Virus record (IMG/VR): IMGVR_UViG_3300037067_011443
Direction: 5' to 3' (one strand)
Source of the DNA: an uncultured virus (IMG/VR IMGVR_UViG_3300037067_011443)
Taxonomy: Duplodnaviria; Heunggongvirae; Uroviricota; Caudoviricetes
Length of the DNA: 59,238 bases
Numbering within the stretch: the stretch's first letter is position 1; each line of letters begins with the position of its first letter. Made by a program: the position numbers and the translations under genes. The notes under the pieces are model-generated. The model did not search any database. It was not told the DNA's origin and saw only the letters and a program-made list of their open reading frames with translations. Positions 12,829-24,184 of this stretch are shown here, one piece after another.

Positions 12829-12853
12829 AGCCGTATTTATTACGGCTTTTTCT
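12829..12853 (+). terminator. intrinsic terminator
   Basis: AGCCGTA/TACGGCT stem plus T-run. Confidence 0.8.
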
Positions 12854-15086
12854 TTGTCTACAGGTGTCACAGTGATGTTTTATATCCAGTATAGTAATAC
12901 AACTATATATTCAACAATAATAAACGCTCACAAAGGATTACAGAGCCTTGTAATTATGTATAGAATTATTTTAATAACCTATTGCAATCTATCCTAATAC
13001 ATGGTAAAATAAATTATAGATTTCGGACGGTGGCGTGTGAAAAATCATTTAACGAGCCATAAAATGAATATATGATAAAATAATAGTTCTATGGCTTTTT
13101 ATTTTCTAAAATGCTTGACAAAATTATATTATTAATGCTATAATAAGTTATATTAATAAATAAGGAGTGGCGAACATGAAGCAGATAAGATTATCTAATG
13201 AAATTATGACACAAATAAACACTGGAAAGATTAAAGCCGTTGAGCTAGTAAGTTACATATTAAAAACAGTTACAGGAACTAGCACCGCAAAGGAATTGAG
13301 TAATACAGGGTTAAAGGATATTAGTTTTGATGGAGAATATGCAATAAGTGGAGCAATAGACACAAGAAACAAAACACTAAACTTGATATTCTAGCAGGGA
13401 ATATTCCCTGCTTTATCTTAATAATATAATACATATGGAGGTTTTAACATGAGTAAACAACAAACATTTATAACTAAGCTAATAGACGAAAACAACAAAA
13501 TGATTGACTTTGAAAGATGGGCAGATAAAAGAATTAAAACCGTTGAAAGTAAGCTAAAAGAATTATATACAAGATATTATGGCATATATAAAAATAATAT
13601 TGAAAAATCAGAATACATAGTAATATATGAAACATTAAATAATAACGATATAGAAGTAAAACGTATTAATATAAAAGAGTTTTTAAGTCTTGCATAATTG
13701 CAAGGCTTTTAGCTTATGGAGGGTAAAATATGAATATAGAAAAATCATGTAAGAATTGCCGAGAATGTGTCCTGCAACAACAATTTACATATAATATTGA
13801 ATCTGATGTTTATTGTCTTGGTGAATCTGGATTTATTGAAGAAATAACAAAAGAATATTTAAACATTACAGAAACATTAGAGTATATGCAGGAACAAGGC
13901 TTTATAAAAAAGAATGTTAATATTAAGGAATTAGCCGAAAATGATAATATGTTAAACTTGTTAGTTGAGCAAATAGGAAACGCTGTATATTCCTTTTTAG
14001 TTAGGCAAATAAAAGGAATTAAAGTAAATTTAAAACCAGTTGATAGTAATTTTTGTTGTAAGTATTGGAGGTAAATAATATGTTAGTAATTATAGGCATT
14101 ATATTTTTATTGATATCATATATAGTTTTAAATTTTGCTTGTGCTTTTTGTGTACATCATATAGATAAACCAAAGAGAAAAGGTTTATATTCTTATTTTT
14201 TAAAATTATTAAATAAACGGCTAAATGATGAAGATGATTTTCAAAAATTAATGTTTTCGTGGGTTATTTGTATGCAAGGAATAATATTTTTAGGACTTGG
14301 CATAATCTTTATATTTTTATATATTATGACTATAGCACAATCTATATATATTTAAAACATTATGATTCCAGTATCACAAACCAACCGCACAGAATCGGCT
14401 ACAATCTATTTTTATGTACAGGGTAATACAGTTACATTAGTTGATATTGCATAGGCTTAAAATGGCTTATATATGATATTGAAAAAACACAATTTATATT
14501 AATATACTATTGACTTATGGGGATAATAAGTATAATATTATATATAGATAGTAGTTATAAAATAAATTTAGGAGGTACTTTACTATGAAAAATAATTTAA
14601 CTTATGAGGTAGTTAGCTTATTAAAACAACGTAAAATCTTAGAAATATTAGCGAAAAAAGAAATTGAAATTAATAGATGCTTTACTAATGAGGAACTAAA
14701 AAGATTTGAAAATCAAATTAATATAGATAAAAATACTCGAAAAGAAATTGATTTCTTAAAAATATGTATTTTGGATGAAGTATTAATAACTATTAATAAT
14801 ATAAAAAATAATATACTTAATAGTGTAAAAAATAATCAAATAAGCAAAGAATCAGCACAATTTTTATTAAAGGAATTAATTGGAATGCAAAACAAAAGAA
14901 CTAAGGAATTGCAATCTATAAAAAAGGATTGAGCCGAAAGGCTTTTTTCTTTTATGCCACAGAAAGTATATTTCATTCAGAAAATAAAGTTTAATTAATG
15001 TGAAAATTAGTATTGACAGTATGAATTTATGGGTATATACTAAGTACATGATAACAAAATAAATATAAATGAGGGAGAATAATAAA

Positions 15087-16346
15087 ATGGGTAATTATTT
15101 ATTAAACAAGGAAACACAAAAAATTGAAATGCACTTTGAAAAATCAGAATATCAAGCATTAACAGAAGAACAAAAGAAGGAAATTAAATCAACATTTTTA
15201 TGGTCAAATTATTCTAAAGCATGGGTAAGTCGTTCAATACATTATCATTACAGAGCTGAAGAAATAGCTAAAAAATTAGGTTTAGAAAATGCTGGAAGTG
15301 TTGGTGAGAGATTAAGTTATTCGGAAGAATTAGAACGCAAAGTAGAAAAAGCAGAAGTGAGAGCAGAACGCTATGAACAATATTCAGAAAATGCAGAAAA
15401 GAGAGCGGAAAATTTGCAATCCGATTTTAATAAATATCGTAAAGATTGGTCATGGTTGACACAGCCAATTATTGCAGGGCACGCAGGAAGTCAAGCGTTT
15501 GGAAGACACAAAGCCAAAGTAATGGCACGTTATGAAAGAGGCTTTGACGAATACAAAAAATCTGAATATTATCAAGATAGAGCAGCAACAGCAAGAGCAA
15601 CAGCAGATAATGTAAAATTAAAAGACAAAGTTTATTTACATAATAAAATAAAAGAGTGTAACAAAATGCTTAAAATGTATCAAGAAAATATTTTAAAATA
15701 TGAAGAAGCTTTATATAAGATTCAACAAGGTGAAGTTTTAAAAAATAGGTCTGGTGATATTTTAACGGAAAAATTAATTGAAGAACGCATAACAGATAGA
15801 TTTGAAAAATATGAATGGGAACATGATAAACTTGAATTCTTTGAAAATTGTATGAATGAATTAGGTGGAGTACAGTTTTCAAAAGATAATATAAAGGTCG
15901 GTTATATTGTTAATATGAAAAGATGGGGAAAATGTGAAATTGTTTCAGCGGGTTCGATAAATGTCGGTTTTAAAATATTAACAGGAGGTGCTTTTGGTGG
16001 TATATTAACAGACCCATATGAAGCAATAACAGAAATATTAGAAGCTAAAGAAGTAAAACTGGAAATTGAAAATCCTTATAAAATAGGTGATATTCTTTGT
16101 AAACATTATGGAATGGACACAAGCAACAAAGTTTATAAAGCATATCAAGTAATAAAAATTACTTCAACTGGTGTTAAATTGCAAGGAATAAAAGTTGATA
16201 ATGGTATACCAATTAAAGATAATTTCACCGAAGAAAAGCCAATACAAAAGAAAGTTTCTAAAAGTAAATTTTCTGATACGGTCGGAGTTTGGTTAGATAA
16301 TTGGCAATTAAATAAGTATTCTCTAATAACAGAGAAAGCAGTATAA
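15087..16346 (+). CDS. DUF3560 domain protein
   Basis: RAERYEQYSENA...QPIIAGH...YYQDRA pattern; promoter TTGACA-17-TATACT at ~15013. Confidence 0.75.
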   Translation: MGNYLLNKETQKIEMHFEKSEYQALTEEQKKEIKSTFLWSNYSKAWVSRSIHYHYRAEEIAKKLGLENAGSVGERLSYSEELERKVEKAEVRAERYEQYSENAEKRAENLQSDFNKYRKDWSWLTQPIIAGHAGSQAFGRHKAKVMARYERGFDEYKKSEYYQDRAATARATADNVKLKDKVYLHNKIKECNKMLKMYQENILKYEEALYKIQQGEVLKNRSGDILTEKLIEERITDRFEKYEWEHDKLEFFENCMNELGGVQFSKDNIKVGYIVNMKRWGKCEIVSAGSINVGFKILTGGAFGGILTDPYEAITEILEAKEVKLEIENPYKIGDILCKHYGMDTSNKVYKAYQVIKITSTGVKLQGIKVDNGIPIKDNFTEEKPIQKKVSKSKFSDTVGVWLDNWQLNKYSLITEKAV

Positions 16347-16447
16347 CAGCTATTATTTATTCTTCCAGTACATTACTATTAATATAATTAATGTACTGCA
16401 TAGAGTTAATAAAACTCAAAAATACATATAACAGGAGCGTGTATATT

Positions 16448-17224
16448 ATGATGAATAAAATTGAGGAATTTGCAAGACTTTTAGAAAATGACCAAATTGA
16501 TGACTTAAAAAGAAGTGATTTAAGTTGTGATTGTAATATATTAAATTGTAAGGTATCAATCAAAACAAAGAAAAAATATACTTGCGTTGATGTCGGTGGT
16601 TCTGGAAAATATATGATTGACAATGAAACAGGCGAGATTTTTGGTATTATGGGATATGGTAAAGTAAATAAAAAACATGTATATGGAACACTTGATACTA
16701 TATATATGTATTACTGGGGCAGATATGCAGCAATACAATCAAAATCAGACCGTAACCCGTATATAACAAAGCTAATGTCTTCTATTGGTATATTAACAGA
16801 ACGTGGTTTATCAATTGATGAGAATGGTAAGTTATATGGTAAAGAATATGGAGAAAAAAAGATACCAGAACCTCCAAAAGCAGTAAAAAGTTTTATAGGT
16901 AATAAATATGAAGAGTTAACAAAAGACCTATTACAAGCGAAAATATTAGCAATAGAAGAAGCTTCAAAAGTTGACGATTCGGGAACTTGTAATTTAGATG
17001 GTATATTTTTAACTCTTAAAGGATTTAATGAGGAAAGCACAGTACAGGCAATAAAAAATAGTGGTTTAAGTGGATTTTTACGAAATGCTCAAATATTCGG
17101 AAAAGGTTATTTAATTGGGCTTGGAGTCGGTCAAGCGTATAAGAGAGAAAAAGCAGCCGATGCAATGTATAATTATTTAGATAGTTTAGGATATGATGTA
17201 TCGCATTGGTGTCAAATAGATTAA
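16448..17224 (+). CDS. hypothetical two-domain protein
   Basis: Long ORF with AGGAG RBS; N-terminal YMIDNETGEIF and C-terminal DDSGTCNLD modules. Confidence 0.65.
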   Translation: MMNKIEEFARLLENDQIDDLKRSDLSCDCNILNCKVSIKTKKKYTCVDVGGSGKYMIDNETGEIFGIMGYGKVNKKHVYGTLDTIYMYYWGRYAAIQSKSDRNPYITKLMSSIGILTERGLSIDENGKLYGKEYGEKKIPEPPKAVKSFIGNKYEELTKDLLQAKILAIEEASKVDDSGTCNLDGIFLTLKGFNEESTVQAIKNSGLSGFLRNAQIFGKGYLIGLGVGQAYKREKAADAMYNYLDSLGYDVSHWCQID

Positions 17225-17623
17225 CAAAATAGCATATAACAGCATAACAGCGAGGGTTGTGGGCATTCACATAAAATGCCCATTCAATATAAATATAATA
17301 TATGGAGGATATAACAATGGCAAATAATACAATGATAAAAGTATCAAAAGTGAAATGGGATTCTATTTCCAATAACTATAAAGGTATGTGGACAAGAGAA
17401 CTGAAGGACAATGGATGGCAACCAGATTTACCAGAGGAATATATAGGAAAATGTACAGTAATGAGTGGTTGTATATCTAATGAATTAGGAAGCTTATTAA
17501 CAGAAGGTGTACATTTTGAAATAGTTAACTAACTCTCTATAATAGCCATCCTTATAGACTTCAAGGGAATTTTAATAATACTAAATAACATAATTCATAA
17601 TATATTACGGAGGTATAACAGAA

Positions 17624-19252
17624 ATGATTATAGGTAACAAGGACTTTTACCCAACGCCATCACACTTAATACAAAAGATGCTTAGTAAAATTGATTTTAG
17701 AATGATTTCAAATGTACTTGAGCCTAGTGCTGGTTCTGGAAATATAGTTGATGCAGTAGTTGACAAATTTAAATATTCTCATTCGAATTATAATAAAGGA
17801 GCAAAATGGGATATTGATTGTATTGAGATTGACGAAAATTTAAGATATATATTACAGGGTAAAAATTATAGAGTTATTCAAGATGATTTTTTAACTTTTA
17901 ACACCTATAAAAGATATGACTTAATTGTTGCAAATTTTCCATTTAGTGAGGATGATAAACACTTACACAAAGCATTAGACATTCAAGAACGCACAGGAGG
18001 TTATATAGTTTGTTTAATTAATGCTGATACATTAAGAAATCCTTTTAGTAACAGCCGTAAAGATTTGTTGCGTAGGTTAGAAGAAAATAATGCTGTAATA
18101 GAATATATAGAGAATGCATTTATGGATGCAGAACGAAAAACTTCTGTAACAGTAGCTCTTATAACAATCAATATTTCTGAAAAAGAGTCTATTAGTAATA
18201 TATATAATGACTTAAAAAAAGACTATACAAATAGGGAAGAAAAAGAGTATAACAATAACGATATAGTAACTAATGACTTTGTAAAAAGTATTGTTCAACA
18301 ATTTAATTTTGAAGTTGAATTGGGTATGAAACTTATAAATGAATTTAATTTTATGTCATCTAAAATGTTAAAAACATTTAAAAAGGAGCATAACAGTGAT
18401 AGTGTTTTATCTCTGAACTTTAATGAGTATGATGGTAAAAAGGTGACATTAAATGAGTTTATTCAAAAAATTAGGTTAAAATACTGGACTACACTATTTG
18501 AAAATAAAAGCTTTACAGGGTTATTAACATCTAATTTATCAAATGAGTATAAAGAAAAAGTTCAAGAATTACTTGATTATGATTTTTCAGAATATAATAT
18601 TTACTCTATTAAGCTTGAAATGAATAAAAACATGTTACAAGGTGCTGAAAAATCTATATTAAATTTATTTGAAAAATATTCAAATAAATATCATTGGTTT
18701 GATGAATGTTCGAAAAATGTACACTATTATAATGGATGGAGAACAAATAAATCCTATGTTGTTGGTAAAAAAGTAATAGTTCCATGTAAGATTTATATAA
18801 CAAATGACAGTAAATATGTAGATTGTGAAAGAGTATTGTATAAAAAAATAGATGGAGAAATTGAAAGTTTAATTGATACTGAAAAATGTTTTAATTATCT
18901 AGATGGAGGAATAACAGAAGATATAAGTATCCAAGAAGCTTTATCCCATGCAGCAGAAATTGGACAGACTTCAAAAATAAAATGTAAATATTTTAATCTT
19001 ACATTTTATAAAAAGGGAACAGTACATATTGAGTTTACTAATCTTGATTTATTACAAAAATTTAACTTATATGGTTCTCAGCGTATGAATTGGCTTCCAC
19101 CATGTTATGGTAAAAAAGCATATAAAGATATGACAACAGAAGAAAAGACAGTTATAGATGATTTTGAAGGAGAACAAAGCTATAATAAAGTAATGGCAAA
19201 TAAAGAATATTACATAGTAGAAACATCAAAATTACTAATGTTGGCAAATTGA
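17624..19252 (+). CDS. DUF4942-type SAM-dependent DNA (adenine) methyltransferase-like protein
   Basis: DFYPTP, LEPSAGSG, motif IV ANFPF (instead of NPPF); C-terminal FYKKGTVHIEF...WLPP. Confidence 0.8.
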   Translation: MIIGNKDFYPTPSHLIQKMLSKIDFRMISNVLEPSAGSGNIVDAVVDKFKYSHSNYNKGAKWDIDCIEIDENLRYILQGKNYRVIQDDFLTFNTYKRYDLIVANFPFSEDDKHLHKALDIQERTGGYIVCLINADTLRNPFSNSRKDLLRRLEENNAVIEYIENAFMDAERKTSVTVALITINISEKESISNIYNDLKKDYTNREEKEYNNNDIVTNDFVKSIVQQFNFEVELGMKLINEFNFMSSKMLKTFKKEHNSDSVLSLNFNEYDGKKVTLNEFIQKIRLKYWTTLFENKSFTGLLTSNLSNEYKEKVQELLDYDFSEYNIYSIKLEMNKNMLQGAEKSILNLFEKYSNKYHWFDECSKNVHYYNGWRTNKSYVVGKKVIVPCKIYITNDSKYVDCERVLYKKIDGEIESLIDTEKCFNYLDGGITEDISIQEALSHAAEIGQTSKIKCKYFNLTFYKKGTVHIEFTNLDLLQKFNLYGSQRMNWLPPCYGKKAYKDMTTEEKTVIDDFEGEQSYNKVMANKEYYIVETSKLLMLAN

Positions 19253-19287
19253 TACTACATAATATATAATATAGTTGAGGTGAGATA

Positions 19288-19551
19288 ATGAATACTCAAG
19301 CTGATATGTTAAAGTTAATAACAGACTATAACAATCAAGACCGTAAGATTATAAAGGATAATTTAAAGCGTATAATGTGGAAGCAGAGTATCAAGCCATC
19401 AGATGTGATGAAATTAGGATTTGGTAAAAATAACGTATATCAATGGACTAATAGTAAAGCAAATAACATTCCTATGTTTGAGCAAGCCTTGACTATAGCA
19501 GTACATTTTAAATTTGATGTAACAGAACTATATAATAGCAAGGTTTTATAA
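19288..19551 (+). CDS. HTH (XRE-like) protein
   Basis: KNNVYQW...IPMFEQALTIA...DVTEL pattern. Confidence 0.6.
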   Translation: MNTQADMLKLITDYNNQDRKIIKDNLKRIMWKQSIKPSDVMKLGFGKNNVYQWTNSKANNIPMFEQALTIAVHFKFDVTELYNSKVL

Positions 19552-19681
19552 CAGCCAACATTATAAGTATCAGCGAAATTTGAAAATCCACTATAACAGC
19601 CGTAGTTTGATAGCTCAGTGATTTTTGAATATTCTGTATAACAGAACGTAAAATAAGTATCAACGATATTTATAAATTTGT
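19547..19681. repeat. three degenerate tandem 45-bp repeats
   Basis: TATAACAG starts at 19547, 19592 and 19637, each followed by N12-13 and TCA(A/G)(C/T)G...ATTT; a related copy lies at 17538. Confidence 0.75.
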
Positions 19682-22394
19682 GAAAGTTTATATTGACAGT
19701 ATTAATTGTAAGGTATATACTATAGATAGTGGTTAGTAAGTAATTTATATTAATAATTGAAAGGTGGTTTTAATATGGCAGATAACAATAAGAAGTATGG
19801 AAGACTTGTTTCAGATGAAAAATATATTCAAAGTGTTATTGAGGATATGCAATACAATATTGATAATCATTATAAAGGAACTAGTGAATATTCAGAAGAT
19901 GGAATGAAGGAAATTATCTCTGATAAACTTGATGATTTAGGAATATATCCAACAGATATTGATTATGTTTTTTCAGAATTAAAATTTTAATAAATTGGTA
20001 ATATTTAACATGTTATGAAAGTTGAATTTTATGTGGTTATTTAAGGCTTGAAAGCCTAGAAAATGGAGGGTTTGAAAATGAGATTATACGTTTTTACATT
20101 AAGATGGATGGATGATGAAGCAGATACTTATATAGTAATTGAAGCAAATACACAGAAAGAAGCAGAAAAAAAACTTAAAAAAAAGCTAAAAGAAAAAGAA
20201 TATCCAATAGAATTTGAAAAATATAATTGCAAAAAATTAAATCTTGAAGATGGATTTTGTATGATTAATTAAGATTAAATTAATATTTGAGGCTGAAAGC
20301 CACTAATAAGGAGGATTTAAAAATGAAATGTGAAAAGTGTGGAAAAGAAATTCAAGCAGGTGAAAAATATTATACTGCTATTGGAGTTATTCAATGTGAA
20401 GATTGTAATACAAAGAGTAATGGAACTGTTAGTTTGGATTTTATTATTGATAAAATTAAGAATAAAACAGAATCTAAAATACCAGTTAACCATGAAGCAA
20501 TTAAAAGAATTGCTGATGAAATTAAAAAGGATAACGGTTTAAAATAAATATTACAATTCATCACAATATTTTAGAGAGGTAGTGAGCATATGGCAGTTAG
20601 AAGACAGAGAGCCACAACATCAAAAGAAATAATGGAAAAAGATATAAATATAGCAATAAAGAAAGCAAAACAACGCTTCAGATACTCAAAAACATTCTAT
20701 ATTTTAGATTATAGCAATAATGAAAATGAATGTTATTTTGCTTCTGGCTATCCTGATATAGATAAGATTACAAAGCAGGAAGTGTATAAGGAAAAATGGG
20801 TGTTTAATATTGATAATAAAAGATGGGATAGTATATAAAAGGTGGAATTCATAGTAAGTGATTAAAAGGAGGTAAAAAATGGCTAAATACATTGATAAAA
20901 AAGGAAATAAAATAGAAGCTGAATTATTTGTAGAAGGTATGGAAAGATGTTATTCTTTACGTATTAGTGGTGGTTATGGTTCGGAATGGAAAGAGTTTAA
21001 AACAAAACAATCTGCATTAGATTTCATTACAAAAAATAAGGGGGCTGAATATCTAACCAAAATGGGAAACCATTATTTTGATGCTAATAAAATTAAGTAT
21101 AATTTATATATAGGTATAGATGAATTTGTTGTGGATGATTTTGAACAAGATTATATAATTAAATATTCTGATAGTATATTAATTAAAAGTAAAAATGCAT
21201 TTGAAAAAATATATAAGTCAATGTTATAAATTAAGATATTTAAGTCATAATTGGGAGGGTATTTATGAAATTATATGTATATGAAATTGCTCTTTATAAA
21301 GAAGATGCACAGATACAAATTAAAGCAGTTACATGTAGGGAAAGAAAAGTAGATTATTTTTCTGAAAATTATATGTTCATTTGTAGTGAAGAAAGAACTA
21401 ATGGTGGTTGGAGTGTTTCAAAAAAAGATATAAAAGAGAAAAAAGTATTTTATAATAATAGAGATGTTCCATATTTTATATCATTAAAAAATACTGATAT
21501 AGAAATAGCAAAACCATTATTAATACCAAAAGTAATAGAAATAATTGAAATAGAAAAAGAAAGATTACGAATAAAAGAAGTTATATTATCTAATTTATCA
21601 AAATGATGATATAACAAGGTTTCTGTGTGCAGTAAATAAATGGAAGGAGTAATATTATGAATAGTAAGACTATAAAAACAAAAATAACTAAACTATTAAA
21701 AGCAAATGGATTTGTTAAATCTGAGATAAAAAAAGATTGGCATCATCCAAAACGTAAATCGGCAGGATTTGAATATTTTGAATATGGATGTAATGGTCTA
21801 GGGTATTATATTCCAGAGAATGTATTTGAAGAAATAGAAAAGAAAAAGTTTGAAAAAGAGAAAGTTGATGCAATGTTTAAAATATTAAATAATACTGACT
21901 TAGCACAATATTTAACTAAGTATGAATTTAGTATTACTTGGAGCATATGAAGATAATAAACCATAATAAAGATATTTATATTAAGGAGATATGTATGTTT
22001 ATTAAAATAATAAAAGAAAAAAGAAACTTAATAAAGGAATTTATGAAAGAACACAAAGAATATTTACCTAAATTTTCACCACAAGGTCAACCTTTAAAAT
22101 GGAGAATCTTTGTTTATCAAGATGGTGAGTATGATATTTATACTGGTAAACAAAGTGGAAATTATAAAGTAGGTATAAGTCAGAAATTGCCGTATGGTGG
22201 AGTTACATGTGACCCACAAGTTTATACATATAACATTAAGAATAAAACATTAGAAGAAGTACATGGATGTCTTTGGCAATAATTTTTAGCATGAATGTAT
22301 AATTTTGTCCACAAATTATTTTAATAATGTATTGACATGTCAGTTAACTAATGATAATATAATTGTATAATACATTTGAAAGGAGTAATCAAAC

Positions 22395-22556
22395 ATGATT
22401 AGAAAAGAATGTATTCAAATAAGAATAGAAGAAGATTTAAAAGAAAAGGCTAATATATTAGCCAAAAAGAGACATACAAACATAAGTGAGATGGTTAGAA
22501 ACTATCTAGAGAGCGAGGTAAACAGTACATATGGGTTACAAAACAACGGAGCATAA
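22395..22556 (+). CDS. ribbon-helix-helix (CopG-like) protein, 53 aa
   Basis: MIRKECIQIRIEEDLKEKANILAKKRHTNISEMVRNYL; RBS AGGAG; promoter at ~22332. Not in the ORF track. Confidence 0.7.
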   Translation: MIRKECIQIRIEEDLKEKANILAKKRHTNISEMVRNYLESEVNSTYGLQNNGA

Positions 22557-23491
22557 GAAAGCTTTAATTAAGTTAATAAGAGAAAAGAGAATGATTTTAC
22601 AGGTAGATGCAGCAGAAAGAATGAACAAAGAAAGTATTAATGATACGGCTAGAATATTAGCGGAGCAGGGTAAAATTAAGCGTCAGAAGGTCAAAGTAAG
22701 AGGTAAGGTTGGCAATCTTACAGACCAGTATCTACTATATAATAATGATGTAAAACAGGCTGAAATATTGAAATATGAAAAGGAATTAATTAATAGACCA
22801 TATGATAGCCCATTGAGTAAAAATCATTGTTATAAGAAGATTGAACAACCTGTAGAACAAGAAATAAAAAGAGGTAGGGGGTAGACCAAAAAACAAAAAA
22901 TTACCGAATAAAATCTCTGAACATATCTCTAATAATTTACTTGAACCTGAAGACAAATTAAAAGTAATATTTAATTCTATGAATCCAAAAACACTTGTAA
23001 TAGAAGAAACATATATTAATAATGATAACATAAATGATAATAATACTATGGTAGTTATAGATAATAATATAATTCCTATTTATGATGTTAATGGTGAAAG
23101 AATTGTAAATGCAAGAGAATTGCATGAATTTATGCAAGTGAAAGATAAGTTTGCAACATGGATAACAAGAAGAATAGAAAAATATAAATTCACTGAAAAC
23201 CTAGATTATAAGCACATTTCGCAAAAATGCGAAACGTCTACTGGGTTTACTACACGCAAAGAATATTATCTAACAATGGATACTGCAAAAGAAATTGCGA
23301 TGGTAGAAAATAATGAGCGTGGAAGATATATAAGAAAATATTTTATTGAAACTGAAAAAAAGTTTAAACAGCAGAATATTGAACAACCAACAAATAATAT
23401 TGAAGCACTTAAAATCATTGTAAATGTTCTTGAAGAACATGACAAAAGATTATTAGCAGTTGAGAACAAATTTAAGTTATTAGCACAATAA
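22531..23491 (+). pseudogene. AntA/AntB antirepressor with AT-hook, split by a +1 frameshift
   Basis: Removing one G from the G5 run at 22877-22881 fuses 22531..22884 with 22979..23491 and creates KRGRGRPK. The 3' part has VNARELHEF...EYYLTMDTAKEIAM...IRKYFIETEK. Confidence 0.7.
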
Positions 23492-23656
23492 AAGTTTTGA
23501 CGGGTTGTACTTAACAATTCGTCACCATATAAAAATATTTCTGTTTAATAATATAATTTATTTACAATTACCATTGACAATAAAATGATTGTTTGATACA
23601 ATGTATACATCAAGTAAGTAAAACAAATAATACATATTGAAAGAGAGGATAATATT

Positions 23657-24184
23657 ATGAAAATAATTAAAATTGGACGTANNNNNNNNNNTATTGACAT
23701 TTTACAACAGGCTATAAAAAATTCTACAAGATGGTCAGAAGTTTGTGACAACTTAGGTTGGAATTCAACGGTAAGAACTACTTTAACAGTTTTAAGGAAA
23801 AAATCTGAAGAGTTAGGTCTTGATATAAGTAATATTATCTACAAATATACTAAAAATGAAAATTATGATGAATCAGTTAAAAATAGAACTAAGACGTTTG
23901 ATATTGAACTAGTTAATCAAGCCTATTATGATGCAATTGAAAAGAAGTTTGAAGGAAAACCTCAAAGTTGGCTAACTTATAAAGTTGATTGTGGCGGTAT
24001 TCTTGAAAATTTAGGCAATAAAGATTTTGCAACAATATCACTTAAAGATATAGAAAATTATGCAGGTAAAAAGGATAGTGCAATTCTTCATATTAGGTCA
24101 ATGATGGTAACAACAGTTAAACACAATGTAAACAATGCAGTTGAAAAAGTTAGTAAAGAAATGTTAATATCGTTAATAGGATAA
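23657..24184 (+). CDS. hypothetical protein spanning an assembly gap
   Basis: Ten Ns at 23682-23691, so true length is unknown. Confidence 0.5.
   Translation: MKIIKIGRXXXXIDILQQAIKNSTRWSEVCDNLGWNSTVRTTLTVLRKKSEELGLDISNIIYKYTKNENYDESVKNRTKTFDIELVNQAYYDAIEKKFEGKPQSWLTYKVDCGGILENLGNKDFATISLKDIENYAGKKDSAILHIRSMMVTTVKHNVNNAVEKVSKEMLISLIG

Larger units (their letters stand above)
1251..14475. repeat. dispersed ~100-bp dyad element, six copies
   Basis: Copies near 1251, 4250, 7725, 10170, 12860 and 14380 share inverted CGCT(C/T)A-AA-CGATT-TA-A(G/C)C-like arms around a central TATAATTAC-like core. Confidence 0.55.

Noticed and set aside
19547..19681. CRISPR array
   Set aside because: Units are degenerate along their whole length with no repeat/spacer structure, and there are no cas genes.
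23657..24184. Integrase N-terminal (SAM-like) domain
   Set aside because: Only a vague resemblance, no catalytic domain, and the gene spans an N gap.
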